Part shown: one piece after another, positions 1 through 64,000 of the stretch
How positions within the stretch are numbered: position 1 is the first letter of the stretch
Layout of the letters: each line of letters starts with the position of its first letter
Assembly: GCF_001194135.2 (NCBI RefSeq)
Contig: NC_068991.1
Location: 67,357,499-67,421,498, forward strand
Direction: 5' to 3'
From: Octopus bimaculoides
Taxonomy: Eukaryota
DNA: 64,000 nucleotides
Translations under genes and position numbers: made by a program
The notes under the pieces: generated by a model
The model's database searches: none
Seen by the model: the letters and a program-made list of their open reading frames with translations, nothing else
Told to the model about the DNA's origin: nothing

Positions 1-412
1 TGTTTAGCCCCTTGTGGGCAATAAAGAAATAAGAAATGTTAGCACGCCGGGCGAAATACTTAGCGGTGTTTCGTCTGTCTTTATGTTCTGAGTTCAAATT
101 CCGCCGAGGTCGACTTTGCCTTTCATCCTTTCGGGGTCGATTAAATAAGTACCAGTTACGCACTGGGGTCGATATAATCGACTTAATCTGTTTGTCTGTC
201 CTTGTTTGTCCCCTCTGTGTATAACCCCTTGTGGGCAGTAAAGAAATAGGTATTTCATCTGTCTTTATGTTCTGAGTTCAAATTCCGCCGAGGTCGACTT
301 TGCCTTTCACACTTTCAGGATCGATAAATTAAGTACCAGTTGCGTACTGAGGTCGATCTAATCGACTAACCCTCTCCCCCAAATTTCCGGCCTTGTACCT
401 AGAGTAGACAAG
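1..412 (+). mobile_element. Head-to-tail tandem of tRNA-derived SINE units (Meta/MESC-like central domain)
   Basis: repeated B-box GAGTTCAAATTCC followed by GGTCGACTTTGCCTTTCATCCTTTCGGGGTCGAT...AAGTACCAG; same family at about 3960-4180(-), 10770-10975(-), 15991-16142(+), 22550-22740(-), 40660-40966(-), 44896-45068(+). Confidence 0.8.
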
Positions 413-1291
413 AACATATACAGATATAGATGTGTATTATACATACATCACCAAAAACACTCCTACTTTCTTTTCTCTTCTCTATATTTCACTATCTCCC
501 ACTCTCTTCTCCTCTCTCGCCCCTGCATCTTTCTAATTTGTTCCTCTCCCCCCTCTCTCTCTCTTTCTAAAACATCACCACTTTCAATTTTATATAAAAC
601 GGCCAAGCAAACTTACTTTTAACCACTTTTTTAATAAATCCGATAACGGAAGAATGCTCTAAAATTGTATATCATTGCTATATAAATTTAGGGTAAAATA
701 CCCCCCCCCCTTTTACCTGCACCCACTTATTGCACTTGGTATAACACTAGTGTAACAATAATTGGGTACCCTTCCTGCAGTATATTGGATAGATACTATC
801 CCTTAGTGGGTTGAATCCTCNNNNNNNNNNNNNNNNNNNNNNNNNNNNNNNNNNNNNNNNNNNNNNNNNNNNNNNNNNNNNNNNNNNNNNNNNNNNNNNN
901 NNNNNNNNNNNNNNNNNNNNNNNNNNNNNNNNNNNNNNNNNNNNNNNNNNNNNNNNNNNNNNNNNNNNNNNNNNNNNNNNNNNNNNNNNNNNNNNNNNNN
1001 NNNNNNNNNNNNNNNNNNNNNNNNNNNNNNNNNNNNNNNNNNNNNNNNNNNNNNNNNNNNNNNNNNNNNNNNNNNNNNNNNNNNNNNNNNNNNNNNNNNN
1101 NNNNNNNNNNNNNNNNNNNNNNNNNNNNNNNNNNNNNNNNNNNNNNNNNNNNNNNNNNNNNNNNNNNNNNNNNNNNNNNNNNNNNNNNNNNNNNNNNNNN
1201 NNNNNNNNNNNNNNNNNNNNNNNNNNNNNNNNNNNNNNNNNNNNNNNNNNNNNNNNNNNNNNNNNNNNNNNNNNNNNNNNNNNNNNNNNNN

Positions 1292-1326
<35 letters not shown>

Positions 1327-1385
1327 CATTGAACATTCTGACTACCTTATTATTCTCAATATATATCCGTACATCACTACAAAAG

Positions 1386-1419
<34 letters not shown>

Positions 1420-4295
1420 GAATATGGGAAATTGTGTTAATGTAATGTATATATATATAATTATAAGTTTGAAAAAAGTTACAGCAGTTACAATTATGAT
1501 ATTTGTGTCAAATTGTAGGGTAAGTCAGACACAAACGTGTGAATGGAAAGCAAAGGGCGTCTGTGTTGACTGTTAGTGTTTTGTTTACAAGATCAGCTGC
1601 TGGCGAGTAAACACGTATCTAGTAGTAAGTAGTTCTTGTCGGTTGCAACCAGACCACTCGTCTCCTCTTCTTCTTCTTCTTCTTCTTCCTTCTCAAACAA
1701 CAACAACGTATATATCTGACTTAATCAGATTAACACAGGTACATGAGCGCGGTAATGAAGACGGCGGAGAAAGAAGGTTGGGGGGGGGGGGAAGAAAACT
1801 GGGACGGATATTGATGTAAACAACGATCACAAGGGCACCTTTCTTCGCTGGCTTTCGGTTAATGATGATAATGATGGTGGTGCATAGTAGTCGTGGTGCT
1901 GATACAAACGATATAATAATTTCGTCCAACCCATGCCAGCATGGAAAATGGACATCCAAAGTTGTTGTTGATGTGCGCGTGCAAAATGCTCCGGGTAGGA
2001 AGGTGGCATTGATTTGTAAGTTAATAATATGTATATGGATGCATATATATGTGGACAAATTAAAGCTGAGTATGAATACTGTAGACGTACATACTTATGT
2101 TTATTTATACAGCTGTATTTTTACAAGTATACATACATACGAACGAATGTATACACATGTATGCATGCATGTATACATACATACATAATACATAAATACA
2201 TACGTACTTACGTACATAATACATAAATACATACGTACNNNNNNNNNNNNNNNNNNNNNNNNNNNNNNNNNNNNNNNNNNNNNNNNNNNNNNNNNNNNNN
2301 NNNNNNNNNNNNNNNNNNNNNNNNNNNNNNNNNNNNNNNNNNNNNNNNNNNNNNNNNNNNNNNNNNNNNNNNNNNNNNNNNNNNNNNNNNNNNNNNNNNN
2401 NNNNNNNNNNNNNNNNNNNNNNNNNNNNNNNNNNNNNNNNNNNNNNNNNNNNNNNNNNNNNNNNNNNNNNNNNNNNNNNNNNNNNNNNNNNNNNNNNNNN
2501 NNNNNNNNNNNNNNNNNNNACGTATGTACATACACACACATACATACATACATACACACACATACATACACACATACATACATACGTATGTACATACACA
2601 CACACACACACACATACATACATAATGCATGTATACATGCATACATTGACAGGAACAGTAGACTTTCCTGAACCAGCAATAAATATATCACATCTCTAGA
2701 ACTCTGCTTTGTGAGAGACAATATTGATTGTGCCACAGCAGTGGGGTCGATTTAGAGGTGCGTTGTTTAGTGTTTAGGGTGTTGCACTCCTGATCATAAG
2801 ATTGTGGTTTCAATTCCTGGACTGGGTGGTGTGTTGTGTTCTTGAGCAAAACACTTGATTTCATGTTCCAATCCACTCAGCTGGCAAAAACGAGTATTCC
2901 AACAATGAACTGGCATTCTGTCCAGTGGAGATAATAATATATATATATATAAATTCTTTTACTGGCTTCAGCCATGCTGGAGCACCACCTTTCAGTGTTT
3001 TTGGGTCTCCTTTCTGTACAGCTTTTGGTGAACTGGATGGCTACACCAGGCTCCAATCTGATCTGGCAGAATTTCTACAGTTGGCATTAGGAAGAGCATC
3101 CAGTTGTAGAAACTCTGCCAGATCAGATTGGAGCCTGGTGCAGCCATCCGATTCACCAGTCCTCAGTCAAATCGTCCAACCCATGCTAGCATGGAAAGCG
3201 GACGTTAAACAAGGATGATGATGATGATGATGATGATATATGGATGGATGATTCTCTGCCAGTTTTGGTGATGAAGATTCAGCTGTCAGTTAATCTGAAT
3301 TACCCACTCATTGAATTAACACATAAGTGACCAAGCATTGCACAAACATATCTCTTCTTAATATAATTCCTAGGCAGAATCAGCATGGCATGGTTGTACC
3401 TTTGAATTACAGCTACAATTTGTATGACAAGCTTCGGTACAGTTTCTGTTTATTGAATCTCACTCACAAAGTATGGGTTGACCCAACGCTACTGAAATTG
3501 ATATTTGCCCAAGATACCACACAGTTGGGATTGAATATGAAACACCCAAGAAATTGTGTCTGGTGTCAAAATTGCTGTTTATTTACTCCAACACTGAACT
3601 CCTTGTGTTGATTTAACATTTTTATAGTGAATTGGAAATCATTTGCTTTTTATGTATTATAGTTAATTTTTATAGTTTTAATCTGAATGGACGCTGGCTA
3701 CCTTGTCTACCCAGATGGTATGTCCCTGGGATGGACATGGGGGATGCAGAGTGTTACTTAGCCCCCAAATTAACAACCTTACTAGTGCTGGTGGCATGAA
3801 AAATAGCATCCACTACACGCTATAAATTGGTTGGCATTTGGAAAGGAATCTAGCAGTAGAAATCGTACCAAAGCAAACACTGGAGTATGATGTAATTCCT
3901 GGGCCCATCAGATCGTATCAAACTATACAACCCAAGCCAGCATAGAATATGGACATTAAACAATGGCTTCAAATTTTGGCATAGGGCCAGTGGGTTTGGT
4001 GGGGAGGGGGGCAGGCAAAATGATTAAATCGACCCCGTGCTAAATTGATTTTATTGACCCCCGAATGGGTGAAGGGCAAAGTCAACCTTGGTGGAATTTG
4101 AACTCAGTAGATAAAGGTGGATGAAATGCAGCCAAACATTTTGTTTGATGTTCTAACAACTCTCTCAGCTCGGCGCCTTAATATGGACATTGAGAAATGA
4201 TGGTGAAATTGGCTGGGGTCCTGATTCAGCAGAGATTCAAGACACAACCATTTTCCTCTCCTTTTCTCTCTTTCTGTTCAGAAATTTTTGTAAAA

Positions 4296-4467
4296 GGTAC
4301 AGAGGAGTGGCTGTGTGGTAAGTAGCTTGGTTACCAACCACATGGTTCCAGTATCAGTCCCATTGTGTGGCACATTGGGCAAGTGTCTTCTACTATAGCC
4401 TCGGGCCAACCAAAGCCTTGTGAGAGGATTTGGTAGATAGAAATTGAAAGAAGCCTGTGATATATAA

Positions 4468-4503
<36 letters not shown>

Positions 4504-4719
4504 TTATGTTTGTGTGTCCGGGTTTGTCTCCCCACCGTTGCTTGATAACCGATGTTGGTATGTTTATGTCCCCATAACTTGGCAGTTCAGCAAAAAAGAC
4601 CAATACAATAAGTACACAGCTTCCAAAGAATAAGTCCTGGGGTCAATTTGTTCGACTAAAGGCAGTGCTCCAGCATGGCCGCAGTCAAATGGCTGAAAGA
4701 AATAAAAGAATAAAAGAAT
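4296..4719 (+). mobile_element. tRNA-derived SINE with internal (TA)/(TG) microsatellite (octopus OR2/CORE-SINE-like)
   Basis: A-box TGGCTGTGTGG, B-box-like GGTTCAGTCCC, core-like TTGGGCAAGTGTCTTC, AAAGAATAA tail; more than 15 copies in the window. Confidence 0.85.
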
Positions 4720-4739
4720 ACTGCATTATCCAGCTTTTT

Positions 4740-5445
4740 TTTTTTTTTAGACAATAGTGTAGTTTGAGCAGTTGCTATGTCTAGTTGGTTGTACGATGAT
4801 GTAGAAATATTTCCATTGGTTAATTGTTTGTATTGACGTCAGACAGACAGCTGAAATGATTTCACCAACATTTATTTCCTATTTCCTCATTATAAATTCT
4901 GTTGTTTTCTATGAGATCTGTGGTATGGTGTGTGAGTGAATGAACGACAGTTAGCAGTGCAATAATTACAAATGAAGGTGAAGACAAAACCTTGATCAAG
5001 GATGATTTAATGTTTGTTTGCATGAGAGAATTGTTACAATCATTAAAATTCATCATGAGTTTTAATTTGCCAATTATAGAACCTCTATGATTTCTTAGTC
5101 TGCTAGAAATAGTAGCCAAATATAATTCAAATCATACCCTGCAGTCTTAAAAGCAAGCTCACTTTATACAATGGATTTCTGAATTGTCAAGGGGACAATC
5201 ATCAGAAAACAAATTCCCTTACTCCTGTAATATCAGACTGTGTAGATCTGGAGTTCAACTGTGTAACCTGAGCCCTCACACCAGTATATAGAAACTTGAT
5301 CTTACAAGTGAAGTTTTTGAACAATTCAAACATTCTGAGTATCTTCCACAAGCTTGACTGCTTTACTCTGCCAAATGCTTTTATGAAGTCAATGAAAACC
5401 ACAAGCAGAGCCTTATTCTGTTTCACACATTTCTTTCTCAGTGAC
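4740..5445 (-). pseudogene. Degenerate LINE reverse-transcriptase fragment (RTE-like)
   Basis: ORF 5202-5426: LLVVFIDFIKAFGRV...LWKIL...IKFLY resembles the FIDFxKAFDxV RT motif. Confidence 0.7.
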
Positions 5446-5473
5446 AGAATACCATATCCATGAGGCTTCTTCC

Positions 5474-5504
<31 letters not shown>

Positions 5505-5821
5505 GCGCCCTTTTCCAGCCTAGCTAGGCTCATGGGCCTGGTTTCCTGATTTCTATGGCATATGTGTTCCCCCCAGCTGGACGGGACGCCAGTCCATCGC
5601 AACATTACTAAAAAAACAGGAAGAAAGAGTGAGAGAAAGCTGGAGCGAAAGAGTACAACAGGAGTCACCACCACCCCCTGCCGGAGCCTCGTGGAGCTTA
5701 GGTGTTTTCGCTCAACTTCGCTCAATAAACACTCACAACGCCTGGTCTGGGAATTGAAACTGTGATCCTCCAACCGTGAGTCAGCTGCCCTAACCACTGG
5801 GCCATTGTGCCTCCACTATAT

Positions 5822-5864
<43 letters not shown>

Positions 5865-7302
5865 CATACATACACACACACATATTTTGTTTCCATCTCC
5901 CAAATTTGTTCACAAGGCTTGGGTCAGACTGGGGCTATAGCAAAAGACATTCAAAGTGCCACATAGTGGGACTGAACGCAGAACCATGTGGTTGGGAAGC
6001 AAACTTCTTACTACTGTCATGCTTTTATGCTATTGGAGCTAAAAAAAAAAAATATGACAAGAAGTTACAAGTATTTATTTTGCAAATTCAATTGGCTCCC
6101 ATTGATATGTTAATTCCAGACCTTATATAACTACACACCCCAATGTACAGTCTCTAACTCACACTGGCTTATGGTCAACACTTGTTTGAGGCTTGAAACA
6201 AACCAATATTTTTGTTTCTGTTTTATTTTAAATCCTTAATTAAAAGTGACATATTTGTGTAAATTAAACTGTTTCTGTGTCCACCCAGAGGAGGACTTTT
6301 ACGTTAATTTTAGCTCAAATCATTAAGAATGCTGTTGTTGTTGTTGCTATTATCATTATTAAATTGAGGTTATGTGACCTCCCTGTTTTATGTCAACTAA
6401 AGACAGATAAAACCCTGTTACAATGTTGTTAACTGTCTTGTTAAAGTCTTCACCCTGACACAGTGTAAACACAATGTCTGTCTCCAAACTGGGGATGAAT
6501 TCCAATATCATGTGATGTTATTTTTTTGCCCTTTTAAAATCAACCAGAAAATTGAAGAACTTCTGTGTTCTGATGTCACAAATAGTAGCCATTTGAAAAT
6601 ACTCATACTCTATCAAAAAAAGAAACAAAAAAAAAATGTTGTTTTGCTAGAATGTTATATCTATTCTGTTGTGTCTGGGGAGAGTCATTTTCTTTTTGTG
6701 CCTTATAATTTAATACACTCACCGGTAAAATTTCCACTTACTTCTTATTTTTATTCTCCTAAAATTTCCGTTGCATCTTGCAACCTTTTCAATAGTCTTG
6801 ACTCTCATTGATATGTTAACTCCAGACCTTATATAACTATCTATTCTTTCATTCTTTTACTTGTTTCAGTCATTTGACTGTGCCATGCTGGAGCACTACC
6901 TTAAAGGGTCTTAGTTTAGGAAATCAACCCCAGGACTTATTCTTTGTAAGCCTAGTATTTATTCTATCAGTCTATTTTGCCGAACTGCTAAGCTACAGGG
7001 ATATAAACACACCAGCATCGGTTGTCAAGCAATGGCAGGAGAGGGACAAACACAGACATAAACATACACACACACACATATATATCTACTATATATTTGT
7101 GAAAAGGGCAGACATTGTCTCACAAGTAGTTGTGCAGGCAAAAGTGTTAGTAAATGTGGTCGGATTGACCTGAAAATTTGCACACTTATGTTAAAAGTGG
7201 TGGGGAGTTTGCTGAATTGTAAGGCATGGACTCTAGGGCAAAATTCCTCATCTTTAAAACGTGGCCCGAGTAGACCCGTATGAAATCAGGTTATAATACT
7301 AG

Positions 7303-7333
<31 letters not shown>

Positions 7334-7664
7334 TCATCATTTAATGTCCACTTTCCATGGTGGCATGGGTTGAATGGTTTTAATAGGATCTGGTGAGCTG
7401 CAAGGCTGCTTTGAACTCTAATGCCAGCTCCAATGTCACACACACACACACATGGTTTAAATGTAAAAAAAACAAGAGAAGACAGAGACAGATGAGGGAA
7501 CAACAAAGAAGGTCTATTGGGATGCTCATGAAAAATGGAAGTCGTTGATATTTCGAGCCTATGCTCTTTGACGAAAAGGAATGAAGGAAGAAAGCAGAGA
7601 AACAAAATGCGCGTCTGGATTAACAGTTTCACATGTCAAATATATGTATATAAATACACACAGT

Positions 7665-8152
7665 GGAGGCGCAATGGCCCAGTGGTTAGGGCAGCGGACT
7701 CACGGTCATTGGGTCGCGGTTTCGATTCCCAGACCGGGCGTTGTGAGTGTTTATTGAGCGAAAACACCTAAAGCTCCACGAGGCTCCGGCAGGAGATGGT
7801 GGCGAACCCTGCTGTATTCTTTCACCACAACTTTCTCTCACTCTTACTTCCTGTTTCTGTTCTACCTGTAATTCAAAGGGCCAGCCTTGTCACACTGTGT
7901 CACGCTGAATATCCCCGAGAACTACATTAAGGGTACACGTGTCTGTGGAGTGCTCAGCCACTTGCACNNNNNNNNNNNNNNNNNNNNNNNNNNNNNNNNN
8001 NNNNNNNNNNNNNNNNNNNNNNNNNNNNNNNNNNNNNNNNNNNNNNNNNNNNNNNNNNNNNNNNNNNNNNNNNNNNNNNNNNNNNNNNNNNNNNNNNNNN
8101 NNNNNNNNNNNNNNNNCTTGACGTCGTAAGCGACGGAGTGTCAACAACAACA
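7665..8152 (+). mobile_element. Second tRNA-derived SINE family (octopus OR1/OK-like)
   Basis: GGAGGCGCAATGGCCCAGTGG (A-box)...GGTTTCGATTCCC (B-box), CAA-type tail; spans an N gap. Confidence 0.85.
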
Positions 8153-8188
8153 ATGAATATTCATGTAAAAAAACTAATAAATTCATGG

Positions 8189-8199
8189 TTTATTTTATT
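8189..8199 (-). promoter_or_regulatory. Candidate MCM8 polyadenylation signals (two overlapping AATAAA)
   Basis: tttattttatt on the + strand gives two AATAAA on the minus strand, about 770 nt past the stop codon; no transcript evidence. Confidence 0.4.
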
Positions 8200-8963
8200 C
8201 ATAACAAACTTGACAAATGGTTTTATGTTGTGAAATGGATGATTTAGAATTTGAAATATTAACAATAAAAAATGAAAAAGAAAAAAAAGAAACATAAATA
8301 TAAATTTCCCATTTTTCAGCTTCAGCATTTTAACAAAATAGGAATTTTCAAATAACATTATATTATTGAGTAAAATGACTGGAATGAGGATTTTAACCTT
8401 TAAAAAAAAAAAACCGGAAATATTATTATTTCAATACAAATCAACTATGAAAAAACTGTTTTGTGCGAAATTGAAATCCAAGTAATACTTATTAACAAAT
8501 ATATGAGTATTCAACAAAGATCTCTGTTCACTTCATCAGCTGTAAATAAAATTGAGTTTTGAAGTTGTTTTAACTCATTAAGTATTGAATCACAAACCAG
8601 GAAGACATCAGGGTTCGAATGCTTATGTAAATGTCATAACCTTATTATTACAATTCTGTTCAGGTGTGACAATAAAACAATCTGGCAGTTTGTGAGTAGG
8701 GAAGAGATGTTTTGCATACATTACAGCTCTCTTGGAATAGCAGGAAACAAAGATCTCTAAAAGAGGATTGTTGATAAGTACGCATAAGTGGGCTGGCTAC
8801 ACCCCTGGCAGAGGCCTTGGATTTAGGTCTCACTTGGCTTGCCGGGTCTTTTCACGCACAGCATATTTCCAAAGGTTGATGTATGTTAAAGTCCTTTCAG
8901 AGAATTTGAGTGCAATACCCGTGGAAATAAAGATAGTCAAGATATTGGGTGTAATCAAAGGCT

Positions 8964-63366
<54,403 letters not shown>

Positions 63367-64000
63367 CTGCAGAAATAAGACAAAGGAAACAAAATTGAAA
63401 TTTCTTGCAGAAGAAAGTAATTAATTTTAAATTTAATAAAACTTGTTTAGAGAGACAAAAGTTTTATCAGATAAATACATTATGATTTAATATTTGCCTT
63501 CCACAGATGAAGTGGCAAACCAGAAAAACTACATCAAGGCTTACAGTTTGCTTTGGGATGGTTTCTACAGCTGGATTCCCTTCCTAATACTAACCACTTT
63601 ACAGAGTGTACTGAATGTACTTTTTATGTGGCACCAGCAGCAATTACGGTACTGGCTATGAGGTTTGCTTGGCAATCACAAGGTCCTGAGTTCAACTCCA
63701 CTGCATGACATTGAGATTAGTGTCTTTTACTATAGGCTCTGGTGGACCCAAATATTTTGAGTGAAATTGGGTAGAAAGAAACTGTTTGGAAATCTGTCAA
63801 ATGGAATGTATCTGTAATTTAAAGGACTCAGCTGTTATTTTAAGGGTACACATGTCTGTGGAATACTCAGCCAATGAGTGTGTGTGTATGTGTGTGCATG
63901 TGCATTAAGTGTGTGTACACTATAATTTATAAATAATAAAGTATAAAGCTCACCAAGTTATAAAGTTGTTCATATTTTGAAAAATATTCCTCAAAAACTT

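Noticed and set aside
717-774. Possible minus-strand exon (ctgcag|...GGGTGCAG|gtaaaa)
   Set aside because: Only one short open frame with no recognisable homology, a weak pyrimidine tract and no partner exons.
796-2736. Long ORFs of X, IY, CV or HT repeats here and at 12069-12895, 40911-41960, 46980-47959, 53549-54215 and 61839-62546
   Set aside because: Artefacts of N gaps and di- or trinucleotide microsatellites.
1-8900. Vertebrate MCM8 neighbours (CRLS1, TRMT6)
   Set aside because: No exon with recognisable similarity was found downstream of MCM8 in this window.

Overview
Repeat-dense eukaryotic genomic DNA from a gapped draft assembly (many N runs, usually bounded by (TA)n, (CA)n or (GAA)n). 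The SINE families match, from memory, those of octopus, so a coleoid cephalopod is likely but not proven. The window is dominated by MCM8 on the minus strand. I rebuilt 25 GT-AG coding exons by hand (63366 down to 8964; 2127 nt, 708 aa plus stop); all splice phases are compatible and the 5' part of the gene lies beyond base 64000. An intronless MAP10/KIAA1383-like gene (35383-37845, + strand, 820 aa) is nested antisense inside one MCM8 intron. The introns hold at least four SINE or SINE-like families, RTE and R4/Dong LINE fragments, Tc1/mariner and piggyBac-type MITEs, a 165-bp solo LTR with a perfect 5-bp TSD and several perfect fold-back structures. Two repeat families carry Penelope-type minimal hammerhead-ribozyme motifs. 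One of them sits behind a tRNA-like Pol III head, and is the most novel-looking element here. No rRNA, authentic tRNA gene or CRISPR array is supported.
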